Source of the DNA: Bacteroidota bacterium
GTDB taxonomy: Bacteria > Bacteroidota > Bacteroidia > AKYH767-A > OLB10
Assembly: GCA_016713525.1 (NCBI GenBank)
Contig: JADJOZ010000033.1
Coordinates: 255,007 to 319,006 of the forward strand
DNA: 64,000 nt
Direction: 5' to 3'
The translations under genes and the position numbers were made by a program. The stretch's first letter is position 1. Every line of letters begins with the position of its first letter. Under the pieces are notes generated by a model. It made no database searches, had not been told where the DNA came from, and worked only from the letters and a program-made list of their open reading frames with translations. Of this stretch, positions 44,834-54,006 are shown one piece after another.

Positions 44834-44841
44834 TAATTTTG
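44834..44841 (+). promoter_or_regulatory. Candidate -7 box TAATTTTG
   Basis: TAnnTTTG match 56 bp upstream of the ATG at 44897. Confidence 0.3.
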
Positions 44842-44896
44842 TATCACATGCGTTGCAACTTGACCTAACCCTCTCATCTAGCCCCCCAAATGATTT

Positions 44897-45304
44897 ATGC
44901 ATCATTATCCTTTTTTGAATTCACGCCAATGGCTGCTGGTAATTAGAATTGTAACAGCTTTATTGCTGGTAGCACATGGGTTTATCCGTGTCTATGAAGG
45001 TACTGTAAGTGAATTTGGAGAATTCCTGAATGCAAATGGATTTCCATTGGCCATTTTCCTTGCATGGGGAATTACGGCTTTTGAAATTATTGGTGGTTTA
45101 ATGATGGCCGCAGGACTTTTTCGAAAAGTTATTGCTACTATATTTATATTCGAATTATTAATGGGAATTATCCTGGTTCATGCTGGCCGGGGCTGGTTTG
45201 TAGTAGGACATAGCACAGGAGGAATGGAATATAGTGTGTTGCTTATTGTCTGCCTTCTTGCTATTGCAGCAACTGAGCAAAAACCCGAAGAAAGTAATTA
45301 TTGA
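44897..45304 (+). CDS. DoxX-family membrane protein
   Basis: 135 aa with four hydrophobic helices. 'LLVIRIVTALLLVAHGFIRV' and 'GITAFEIIGGLMMAAGLF' are typical of DoxX. Confidence 0.65.
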   Translation: MHHYPFLNSRQWLLVIRIVTALLLVAHGFIRVYEGTVSEFGEFLNANGFPLAIFLAWGITAFEIIGGLMMAAGLFRKVIATIFIFELLMGIILVHAGRGWFVVGHSTGGMEYSVLLIVCLLAIAATEQKPEESNY

Positions 45305-46060
45305 AATTCGTAGCTACCTTTTGAATTTACCGATACCTGCAAGGGTTTCTTAGTTTTCTCGAACAAGCGTGAGCCCTCACTAAGTTTATTCCAAAAATTA
45401 ATCATCGTTTTGTTGCTCTTATAATCGGCTAGTAGCGATGCATAGTACTTTCCATCAAACCGTGCAGGAAAAATATAAACTGGAATTTTTAATTGACCAT
45501 TAGTTCGTGCTTCGGTAGCAAGCACATACAGCTCTTTAATTTTTTCATCGGTCAATGGCAAACATCCAATAGTAACACATTTGCCATGAATAAAAATATC
45601 GCCACCCGGATTTAATCCTTTACTACGAATGCGATCTGCTGCGTTCGGATAATTTATTTTAAGTGATAAATGATAACTACTGACGGGATTAAAAGTGCTG
45701 ATATGATAGAATCCCTCCGGCACTTGCAGATCACCCGATTTAACTTTGGGCCCTGCAACACCTGAAGCGGCACAAACGGGATAAGTAATTATTTTTTAAA
45801 AAAGTGGAGTGCTTGTTATCTGTTGCCCAAACCTCGAGTTCCTGTTCTGCTTTATAAGCGATCAGAAGCAGATGCACACTCTCTATGTTTAGGGCATTCG
45901 ATTTCAAAACCGATTTCACCACAGCTTCCTTATCAGCATAAGCCTCACGTACGCGTACATACTTCTTTTGCTCCGATTTAAAATCAGAAGTCAGAAAGCT
46001 GATTAGCAGTAACGGGATAAAAAGTAGGGTGGTAAGATTCATTATTTCGAAACGCTGCAT
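45298..46060 (-). pseudogene. L,D-transpeptidase-family (YafK/ErfK-like) protein, frameshifted in the T6A6 tract 45792-45803
   Basis: ORF 45740..46060 (signal/TM and N-terminal domain) ends in out-of-frame 'FLKNNYLSRLCRFRCCRAQS*'. The alternative frame reads 'KIITYPVCAASGVAGPKVKSGDLQVPEGFYHIS..' and runs straight into ORF 45298..45723, which has the catalytic 'IFIHGKCVTIGCLPL'. Confidence 0.7.
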
Positions 46061-46295
46061 GCGTGTAAATATTTTAGAGTGTAAGGAGTTTTCCCTTTTG
46101 ACCGTTTACTGAATTTAATGACGCGGCTTTGCCGTCAATGACCCAATGACGCAGCTTTGATGCAAATTTATCCATCTGCCAACCTATTTGGGGAATTATA
46201 AAAAATTGATTGTCAGTTACATATCAGTCTGTCCATATTCCATCAAAATTTAGTTAGATCAGTTCGGAGCGAATTATTTTGACTATACTTCTTTG

Positions 46296-46303
46296 TATAT
46301 TTG
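46296..46303 (+). promoter_or_regulatory. Candidate -7 box TATATTTG for the toxin-antitoxin operon
   Basis: Exact TAnnTTTG match 20 bp upstream of the ATG at 46323. Confidence 0.35.
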
Positions 46304-46322
46304 TTTTTTAAAAATTATTCTC

Positions 46323-46553
46323 ATGACAACGACAGCAATAAAAAAGCAAGTAGACAATTACCTTCCGTTACTTTCTGCAAAACAACAGGCATTGATACTT
46401 GAAATGATTAAGAGTTTCTTAAATGTAGATAAGGATACCAAACGGATGTCCCGAAAGCAATATAACAAAGAAATCAAGGATGCTGTTTCTCGAATCGAGA
46501 AAGGCACTTCAGTTTCACACAAAGATGCGCTTAAGGAATTGTCTAAATGGTAA
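46323..46553 (+). CDS. Putative antitoxin of a type II TA pair
   Basis: About 76 aa starting at MTTTAIKKQV. It is small and charged, and it overlaps the downstream RelE/ParE-like gene by 7 nt (46547-46553). Confidence 0.55.
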   Translation: MTTTAIKKQVDNYLPLLSAKQQALILEMIKSFLNVDKDTKRMSRKQYNKEIKDAVSRIEKGTSVSHKDALKELSKW

Positions 46554-46858
46554 ATCCCAGGTTAAAAATAGTCTGGGACAGAAATGCTCTTGACCATTTT
46601 AAGGAAATTCTAAATTTTCTTGAAAAACAAAGTCATCAAGCTCCTAAAATTGTAAAGAGTGCTATCATAGCCAGGCTTAACCTAATTAAAATAAACCCAC
46701 TCATTTGTGAGTTGGACAAATTAAAAAACTCTCCAAACAAGGAATTTCGAGCTTTTGTAGTTTTCAGTTATCGTGTGACATATCAAATTAAAACTGATGC
46801 AAAAGAAATTCGAATTCTCAGAATTAAACACACTAGCCAAGAACCTCTTGGTTATTAA
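46547..46858 (+). CDS. RelE/ParE-family type II toxin
   Basis: 103 aa. 'IVWDRNALDHFKEILNFLEKQSHQAPKIVKSAI..L..NP' and the C-terminal 'EFRAFVVFSYRVTYQIKTDAKEIRILRIKHTSQEP' match the ParE/RelE pattern. Confidence 0.7.
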   Translation: MVNPRLKIVWDRNALDHFKEILNFLEKQSHQAPKIVKSAIIARLNLIKINPLICELDKLKNSPNKEFRAFVVFSYRVTYQIKTDAKEIRILRIKHTSQEPLGY

Positions 46859-47082
46859 AGCTAGTTGTGACGCCAAGCTAAATAATGATAAGCATAAAAA
46901 ATCCTCTGCGATGTTTTGGAAAAATTCGTGTCCACTTTGACCGATCAGGTTTATCTGAACTCAATATTTTCTTAATCGCCCACTTTTTGTTTTAAAGACA
47001 CACGCTTACAATATCTGCAAAATTTTCCCCGACGCCACCAACCCCATTTAAAGCAGAATTTTCAAAAAAAATTTTCAACACC

Positions 47083-47105
47083 CAAGGGTTTACCCTTGTT
47101 TTTTG
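47083..47105 (+). terminator. Orphan terminator-like hairpin in a 590-bp non-coding gap
   Basis: CAAGGG (47083-47088) pairs with CCCTTG (47093-47098), followed by T6. It lies 225 bp downstream of the toxin stop, with no ORF of 60 aa or more in between. Confidence 0.4.
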
Positions 47106-47451
47106 TTCTTTATGATTTTATAAAGTATTGATATTTAACCTTATGGAATATTTGAAATTAGCAGTCTAAAATTAGGTTGGTTGATTTTGATGGTGTAATT
47201 TTAACAGATGCCAACAGAGAATCAGAATGGCTAAAATAAATCCTGACAATACCAATAATGCAATCAATAAAAGCGATTCATATTATACAAAAAGTGAAAT
47301 TATAATAACAGATATACGAAACTCCCAACAATTATTAATCAAATGATTTGTATTCGATTAAGAATAGGTGGAGATTCAGATGGTTCGTGTAATGATGGTA
47401 ATCGGATATGCTTTCCCTCCAAATAAACCGTATTGTTAAATTCAAACTGAT

Positions 47452-49314
47452 ATGAAAACTTTCTCTTTATTAATTTCAATTTTGTTAATAATTCAATTAG
47501 CAAACGCCCAAATTCCTTTCCAAAAAAGTTTTGGAGGAACAAATACAAATAGTGGCAACTCAGTTCAACAAACAAACGATAACGGATACGTTGCAGTTGG
47601 ATATACAGCAGCTTTTGGTGCAGGTGCCTTTGATGTTTTTATTATTAAAACAGACTCATCAGGTAATCCTGTTTGGAAAATAGCGATTGGTGAAACATCG
47701 AGCGATTTTGCAAATGACGTTCAACAGACAAGCGATAGCGGATTTGTTGTATGCGGATATTCCAATTCTTCTTTCAGCGGAGGTTTTGCAGGTGAAAATA
47801 TTTATCTGATAAAGTTAAATTATAACGGAAGCATTTTATGGTCTAAAATTATTGGTGGAGCAGGGAACGAAAGAGCCAACTCAGTTAGGCAAACATCGGA
47901 TGGCGGTTTTTTAATTGCAGGAACAACTGATAGTTGGGGAGCCGGAGGTAATGATTTTTATCTCGTTAAAACCGATGCAAGTGGTAATGTTAGTTGGACA
48001 AAAACATTTGGAGGGGCATTTGATGATGTGGCAAATTCAGTGAAACAAACTTCTGATGGCGGTTACATTGTTGCGGGTGAAACAAACAGTTTTGGTGCGG
48101 GAGATATAGATTTCTACCTTATTAAAACTGATGCATTTGGTACTCTTACCTGGTCAAAATCATTTGGAGGAGGAGGCGGTGATTGGCTGTATTCCGTGGT
48201 TCAGGCATCGGATAATGGTTATGTTATGGGCGGTTATTCAATTAGTTTTTTAGGTGCTGGTGAAGCTGATGCGGTTGTAATTAAAACGGATAGTTTAGGA
48301 AATATTCTTTGGAGCAAAACATATGGCGAACAATATGGAGACGTTGCTTCATCAGTTGTGCGAACAAATGATAATGGTTATGCTTTATGCGGTGGCCAAT
48401 CAACTTTTCCTGTTTCAATGGTTGACAAAGGGCTTCTTTTCAAGATTGACAGCTTGGGTAATTTCATGTGGGCAAATACTTTTATAAATAGTAATGATGT
48501 TCAAAGGAGCGTTTGTAAAACAAGTGATGGAGGTTATATTTTAACTGGTGATAGATTTCCCGTTTCAGGAATTGACTTAGTCATAATCAAGACAAATGCA
48601 AATGGAACAGGTGGATGCAATGAACAATCTACAACTTTAACATCAACAAATATTTTTCCGCAAGTTTCAATTCCAGCAACGTTAAGTTCAAGTGGAGGAA
48701 CGGCATTAACCGTAACTTCTATATCAAGCAGTGGAGGAATCGTTTCAAACCCATGCAGTTGCTCATCTTATTTTACGCTATTTCCTGATGCAATTCCTCA
48801 TAATTGGATTGCAGTAAATCAGGCAACTGGTCAACCACCTATTACTTATAGTTGGAGCTGGGGTGATGGTTCAGCTAGTTCTTCGGGTCCAACACCCTCT
48901 CACACGTACAGTACAGCAGGATACTATAACATTTGTCTTTCCATTACGGATATTGCAGGATGTACAAGCACATACTGCGATTCTTCAACATATTTGTTCA
49001 AAAGCAACGGAACGATGGTTAATATGAATGTAATATTGCCTACAGGTATTAATATTATAGAACCTGAAAAAAATACAATTTCTTTTTCCCCAAATCCGAC
49101 ATCAGGAATATTTGTAATCAACTTTCCTGAAAATTTCCAAAAAGGTAAGATTGAAATTCATAATGTATTGGGGGAACTAGTTTATGTTGATAGGATGGAT
49201 GAAATAAACAAAAAAGAAATAAATCTAAAAAATATTAACTCGGGGGTTTATTTTGTGAAAGTGTTTGACGGAGAAAGGAGTTACTGCAAGAAACTAATTG
49301 TGGAACAAGATTGA
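47452..49314 (+). CDS. T9SS cargo with seven ~50-aa propeller-like repeats, a PKD domain and a T9SS tail
   Basis: 620 aa with signal peptide MKTFSLLISILLIIQLANAQ. The seven repeats are of type 'NSV(Q/K)QTSDGGY(I/V)xxGxTxSFGAGxxDxxLIKTDxxGxxxWxKxxGG'. The PKD segment is 'WSWGDGSASSSGPTPSHTYSTAGYYNICLSITD'. The tail is 'ISFSPNPTSGIFVINF..GVYFVKVFDGERSYCKKLIVEQD'. Confidence 0.85.
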   Translation: MKTFSLLISILLIIQLANAQIPFQKSFGGTNTNSGNSVQQTNDNGYVAVGYTAAFGAGAFDVFIIKTDSSGNPVWKIAIGETSSDFANDVQQTSDSGFVVCGYSNSSFSGGFAGENIYLIKLNYNGSILWSKIIGGAGNERANSVRQTSDGGFLIAGTTDSWGAGGNDFYLVKTDASGNVSWTKTFGGAFDDVANSVKQTSDGGYIVAGETNSFGAGDIDFYLIKTDAFGTLTWSKSFGGGGGDWLYSVVQASDNGYVMGGYSISFLGAGEADAVVIKTDSLGNILWSKTYGEQYGDVASSVVRTNDNGYALCGGQSTFPVSMVDKGLLFKIDSLGNFMWANTFINSNDVQRSVCKTSDGGYILTGDRFPVSGIDLVIIKTNANGTGGCNEQSTTLTSTNIFPQVSIPATLSSSGGTALTVTSISSSGGIVSNPCSCSSYFTLFPDAIPHNWIAVNQATGQPPITYSWSWGDGSASSSGPTPSHTYSTAGYYNICLSITDIAGCTSTYCDSSTYLFKSNGTMVNMNVILPTGINIIEPEKNTISFSPNPTSGIFVINFPENFQKGKIEIHNVLGELVYVDRMDEINKKEINLKNINSGVYFVKVFDGERSYCKKLIVEQD

Positions 49315-49621
49315 AACGACGGATTTTCATGGATACAGTGGCACAACTGATAAAAGGTAGATCTAAAGGAAATAAAAAAAGAACGACTTTGAGGGATAAA
49401 AAATGATTTGCTGTTGCTAAACAGTGTAGGTAAAACAGTTTGGAGTTAGCAGAAAGTTTGTATCTTCGTCTAAACTTTTGTACTGAAAAGCCAGACCATC
49501 ACCAATATGCAAATCGTTAAGCACATTTTTAGTATAGCATTTTGCCTTTTGTCTGCATATTAGGTATCTTTCATATATTTACTCCGTTATTTGCAGACTT
49601 TCAGTCAACATCCTCATCAAA

Positions 49622-51331
49622 ATGAAAAAACCACAAATCAGAAGAAAGCAAGCCCAATCCGTTTTCCAGACCATTTACCTTCTTGCCTTAGCGATAGTTG
49701 TGTTAAATACAACTAGTTTTGCTCAGGCTCCTGTCTGGAACTGGGCCAAAGCTGGTTCTGGTGCCTTCGCCGACAATTCAAGCAGAACCGTTACCGATAA
49801 CAGCGGAAACGTATATGTAGTCGGTTCCTTTGCGAGCACAACCATTACTTTTGGTGCTATAACACTCACGAATGCAAGTGGCGGCATCGCCGATCTCTTC
49901 ATTGTAAAATATGACCCCAATGGGAATGTGATATGGGCAAAAAGTGCCGGAGGGGCATCTACTGATTACGCATCTGCTATTGCGATTGACAACAACAATA
50001 ATGTTTGTATTGCCGGATCTTTTTCATCAGCTTCTCTCGCATTCGGACCGATATCCATCACCAACAATACAAGTGGGTCCAGTGATATTTTTCTGGCCAA
50101 ATTTGATTCACTCGGGAATATCATCTGGGCAAAAAGAGCAGGTGGAACTATCTCCGACTTTTGCAATGGGATAGCGATAGTTGGGAATGGTAATATTTTA
50201 ATTACAGGATCATTCGCATCATCTCTTATTTCATTTGGTTCAACTGTTTTAACAAATCAGGGTTCAACGGATCTTTTCGTTGCAAAATACGACCAAAACG
50301 GTAATGTTATGTGGGCAAAGAGCCATGGTGGCAGCGATTGGGATATTGGTCTGAGCATTAAATCAGATGTTTCCGGCAACGTTTTTGTCACCGGTTATTT
50401 CAAAAGCAGCGCAATAAATTTTGGTTCCATTTCCTTAACAAACTCATCAGGTAGTAGTTTTTCAGATCTGTTCTTAGTTAAATACGACAGTAATGGAAAT
50501 GTGCTATGGGCTCAAAATCCACAAGGCCTATTTAATAAATCAGGAAATGATCTTGCAACAGATGTTAACGGCAATGTATATATCACCGGATATTACCAGG
50601 GTCCAACGCTCGATTTCGGTACAATTACAGTTACCAATAATTCCCCTTCATACAGCGATTCGTTTACGGCAAAATATGACAACAATGGTAATGTTATATG
50701 GGCCAACTCCACAGGTGGTGCATTTTATGATGTTGGCAATGGAGTTTCAGTGAATGCCAATGGAGATGTATTTGTTGTCGGTTATTTTGAAGCCCCGTCA
50801 ATTTCATTTGGCAGTAACACACTTGTCAACTCAGGGAGCAGCGACATATTTATTCTAAAATTTGCTAGCAACGGAACCCCTCAGTGGGGAATCAGCACAG
50901 GCGGGCCATCCCAGGATTGGGGCAATCATCTGGCAATCAGCAATACAGGAGAAATTTATTTGACAGGAATATTCCAAAGCCCCACCGTTACTTTTGGATC
51001 CACCACGTTGACTAACGCCGGTGCCTCCTTTGATGTCTGGATTGCTAAACTCAGCGAGCTTACCGGAATTCATGAACACAGCCAATTGGCTACTTTTCTT
51101 CTTTCTCCGAATCCGGCAAGTAATCAATTCAGCATAAACTTAAATGGAAGTTTTGAAAATGCAGAAGTTCAAATTACAGATGTTACCGGAAAAGAAGTTT
51201 TTCGTAACACTTTTTATGAAAACGAACAGCTCATTCTAAACACTGCAGAACTTGCTGATGGTCTGTACACGGTTAATATCACAACACGAGAATTTACCGG
51301 GAGTAGCAAATTGATAGTTCAAAAAAAATAA
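49622..51331 (+). CDS. SBBP (beta-propeller) repeat protein with T9SS tail
   Basis: 569 aa. The seven repeats are of type 'GNVYVxGxFxSxxIxFGxxxLTNxxxxDxFxxKYDxNGNVxWAKxxGG'. The tail is 'FLLSPNPASNQFSINL..GLYTVNITTREFTGSSKLIVQKK'. Confidence 0.85.
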   Translation: MKKPQIRRKQAQSVFQTIYLLALAIVVLNTTSFAQAPVWNWAKAGSGAFADNSSRTVTDNSGNVYVVGSFASTTITFGAITLTNASGGIADLFIVKYDPNGNVIWAKSAGGASTDYASAIAIDNNNNVCIAGSFSSASLAFGPISITNNTSGSSDIFLAKFDSLGNIIWAKRAGGTISDFCNGIAIVGNGNILITGSFASSLISFGSTVLTNQGSTDLFVAKYDQNGNVMWAKSHGGSDWDIGLSIKSDVSGNVFVTGYFKSSAINFGSISLTNSSGSSFSDLFLVKYDSNGNVLWAQNPQGLFNKSGNDLATDVNGNVYITGYYQGPTLDFGTITVTNNSPSYSDSFTAKYDNNGNVIWANSTGGAFYDVGNGVSVNANGDVFVVGYFEAPSISFGSNTLVNSGSSDIFILKFASNGTPQWGISTGGPSQDWGNHLAISNTGEIYLTGIFQSPTVTFGSTTLTNAGASFDVWIAKLSELTGIHEHSQLATFLLSPNPASNQFSINLNGSFENAEVQITDVTGKEVFRNTFYENEQLILNTAELADGLYTVNITTREFTGSSKLIVQKK

Positions 51332-51459
51332 ATTATTTTCAGAACATGCATAGAACTAATTTTCAGGAACGTTTGAAGCAATCAAGATTGTTGGGATATT
51401 AATAAATTCCAAAACACTTATACAATATAGCAAATTGCTGATTCCCATCGCAGACTATA

Positions 51460-51717
51460 TCAATGCAATTCTATAACACTAACCTCCGGAATATTTTTTA
51501 ACTCAAGTTGTAAGTGCCGTTGACGGGTTTTGGAACGGAATTCCTGAAATATTTCGAGTATGCCGTGATCAATGTTAATACTTCTTGTTCCGTCAATTGT
51601 AACAATAGAGTAGGGTGGGATGCGATCCAGAGCTTCCTTGATTTTTCGTTTGTTTTGGAAGCTGACATTTAATGCCAGCTCCATATTCACGTGCATCGTA
51701 TGTCTGTCTGTCAACAA
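51460..51717 (-). pseudogene. Displaced 3' fragment (STAS-domain end, last ~80 codons) of a SulP transporter gene
   Basis: By eye it is about 94% identical at the nucleotide level (~15 mismatches in ~245 bp) to 52424-52671, the 3' end of the intact sulP gene. The similarity starts exactly at the stop codon. No N-terminal part is present. Confidence 0.8.
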
Positions 51718-51856
51718 CTGTTGTTAGCCCTTTTATATCGACTAGGTTGGTGAAACATGGGAAATACGATTAAGCCCTGAGTCAAACCCTGTGATAATCT
51801 ACTTTTTTAAATAATTGACTATCAATGTGATGTATTGATTATTAATGTTTTAGAAC

Positions 51857-51894
51857 AAAATAAACAATTTTGTGTAAACAAAATTGTTTATTTT
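51857..51894. promoter_or_regulatory. Perfect 17-bp inverted repeat (candidate operator) abutting the HTH gene start
   Basis: ACAAAATAAACAATTTTGT (51856/7-51873), a GTAA loop, then ACAAAATTGTTTATTTT (51878-51894). The arms 51857-51873 and 51878-51894 pair perfectly. A TAnnTTTG box (TATTTTTG, 51889-51896) overlaps the right arm. Confidence 0.55.
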
Positions 51895-51900
51895 TGTAAT

Positions 51901-52353
51901 ATGGAAAATTTAATAACTATTATAAAAGGTATTCACCCGGGATTTGTTCTTGACCGTGTACTTAAGAAACGCCAAATTCCAAAAGGAAAATTTGCAATTT
52001 CATTGAATGAATTTCCACAAACTATAGTTGCTATTACTAAAGGGAAAAGAAGAATGAATATCAATTTAGCCTTAAAAATAGAGCATGCTCTTGATTTAAA
52101 CGAAGGATATTTAATGACATTGCAAGTATTTTATGACATCAAAGAAGCAAAGAAAAAACTTTCCAAAAGTCCTGATTTATCAAAATTAAGGACTGCCTTG
52201 TTTTGGGATACTAAAATAGACGAAATAGACTGGAGCCAACAAAAGAATGCCGTTATCAAAAGAGTTTTTGAGAGAGGAAATGAAGAGGAGAAAATGGAAA
52301 TTACTAACTTTTATGGAGAAGAAGCAGTAATTGATTTTTTTAAAACACGATAA
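51901..52353 (+). CDS. XRE/HigA-like HTH protein with a C-terminal extension (no toxin partner adjacent)
   Basis: The ORF spans 51835..52353 and the likely start is MENLITIIKGIHPGFVL at 51901. 'IHPGFVLDRVLKKRQIPKGKFAISLNEFPQTIVAITKGKRRMNINLALKIEHAL' is HigA/VapI-like. The C-terminal part is 'LFWDTKIDEIDWSQQKNAVIKRVFERGNEEEKMEITNFYGEE'. Confidence 0.7.
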   Translation: MENLITIIKGIHPGFVLDRVLKKRQIPKGKFAISLNEFPQTIVAITKGKRRMNINLALKIEHALDLNEGYLMTLQVFYDIKEAKKKLSKSPDLSKLRTALFWDTKIDEIDWSQQKNAVIKRVFERGNEEEKMEITNFYGEEAVIDFFKTR

Positions 52354-52423
52354 TCATGAAGCTTTATTCACTGTTCATGTGTTCGCGGGCGGGGGGGTTG
52401 CAGAAATTTAGATACGAATCCTT

Positions 52424-53980
52424 TCAATGCAATTCTATAACACTAACCTCCGGAATATTTTTTAACTCAAGCTGTAAGTGCCGTTGACGGGCTTTGGAAC
52501 GGAATTCCTGAAATATTTCCAGTATATCGTGATCAATGTTAATGCTTCTTGTTCCGTCAATTGTAACAATAGAGTAGGGTGGGATGCGATCAAGTGCTTC
52601 CTTGATTTTTCTTTTATTTAAGAAGCTGACATTTAATGCCAGCTCCATATGAACATGCATCGTGTGCCCCTGAACATTTTCTGAAATGGTGTATCCTGCT
52701 TTGTAAGTGTTACGAATAAGAAAATACAAACTGTAAACGATTCCTATAAGTACTCCTATTAGTAAATCGGTTGCAAGCATGGCAACTATAGTGACTATGA
52801 ATGGCAGGAATTGTTCTTTACCCTGTTTGTATATATTCAGAATCATTGCAGGTTTGGCAAGATTGTAGCCGGTTCTGACAAGTATAACGGCTAGCACTGC
52901 ATATGGAATATAGTTTACTAATGAAGAGGCCAGAACAATTACCAGAAGTAACCACACTCCATGGAAAATCCCGGATAGCCTTGTTCGTGCTCCTGCTTCA
53001 GCATTTGCAGCACTTCTCACAATAACTGCTGTAATAGGTAACCCTCCTAAAATTCCACTCAACAAATTCCCGGTTCCCTGAGCAATCAATTCTCTGTTTT
53101 GTGGTGTGATTCGATTTTGAGGATCAATTTTGTCAATTGCTTCAATACTCAGTAATGTTTCCAATGAAGCCACCAGCGCAATCACTATTCCGTATTTCCA
53201 TATCGATGGAGTTTCGAGCAGCAAATGAAATTTCGGTATTTGCATTTGATCGAGAATAGTTTTTGGGATGGTGACATACTGATTTGGTGTAAGGCTCAAC
53301 GATTGTGTAGATGCAAATGCCAAGGCCAGCAATGTTCCCACAAGTACTGTTACAAATGAAGTAGGAATAAAAGATATCCTGTATGCTGCATATTTTTTCC
53401 AAAGTATCAGCACAGCAATTGATGCAGCTGCCAAAATCAAGGAGCCTGGTGAAAGTTTGTGGTACAGATTATCGATGTGCTGAAAGGCGTGATCGAAAGT
53501 AATGATATTGAAAAATTCGTTTCGCCAGAAATCAGGTTGGTCATAGCCGATTATAATGGGAATTTGCTTTGAAATGAGCAGGATTCCAATGGCAGCAAGC
53601 ATGCCTTTAATTACGGAAGAAGGAATGAGATGGGTGAAGCCACCAAGCTTCAGTGCACCGGTAATTACCTGAATAATGCCCGCTAATGACACTGCCAGAA
53701 AGAATGCCTGCAACGATCCCGTTTCAGCAATTGCTGTAGCACAAATTGCTGTAAGGCCTGCAGCCGGTCCGCTTACACTTAAAGGAGATCTGCTGATTGC
53801 GGAAACTACAATGCCTCCAATAATCCCTGAAAGTAATCCTGATAATAAAGGTGCGCCTGAAGCAAGTGAGATTCCCAGACACAAGGGCAGTGCAACGAAA
53901 AAAACCGTAATGCTGGCTTTAAGATCGTGTTTAAGAAAAGAAGAAAAGTAATACTGTTGTCGCCTGCTGAAGAGATTCAT
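52424..53980 (-). CDS. SulP-family inorganic anion transporter with C-terminal STAS domain
   Basis: 518 aa and polytopic. 'DLKASITVFFVALPLCLGISLASGAPLLSGLLSGIIGGIVV' and 'ELIAQGTGNLLSGILGGLPITAVIVRSAANAEAGARTR' are typical of SulP. The STAS end is 'VTIDGTRSINIDHDILEIFQEF'. Confidence 0.85.
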   Translation of the reverse strand: MNLFSRRQQYYFSSFLKHDLKASITVFFVALPLCLGISLASGAPLLSGLLSGIIGGIVVSAISRSPLSVSGPAAGLTAICATAIAETGSLQAFFLAVSLAGIIQVITGALKLGGFTHLIPSSVIKGMLAAIGILLISKQIPIIIGYDQPDFWRNEFFNIITFDHAFQHIDNLYHKLSPGSLILAAASIAVLILWKKYAAYRISFIPTSFVTVLVGTLLALAFASTQSLSLTPNQYVTIPKTILDQMQIPKFHLLLETPSIWKYGIVIALVASLETLLSIEAIDKIDPQNRITPQNRELIAQGTGNLLSGILGGLPITAVIVRSAANAEAGARTRLSGIFHGVWLLLVIVLASSLVNYIPYAVLAVILVRTGYNLAKPAMILNIYKQGKEQFLPFIVTIVAMLATDLLIGVLIGIVYSLYFLIRNTYKAGYTISENVQGHTMHVHMELALNVSFLNKRKIKEALDRIPPYSIVTIDGTRSINIDHDILEIFQEFRSKARQRHLQLELKNIPEVSVIELH

Positions 53981-54006
53981 AGAAGCAACGGAATTCCTTG
54001 GTGAAT

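Noticed and set aside
47339-47575. Minus-strand ORF 47339..47575, and the 40-codon ORF at 47227-47346 in the gap after the TA pair.
   Set aside because: The first overlaps the signal-peptide region of the well-supported gene 47452..49314. The second is short and Asn/Ile-rich with no motif or promoter support.
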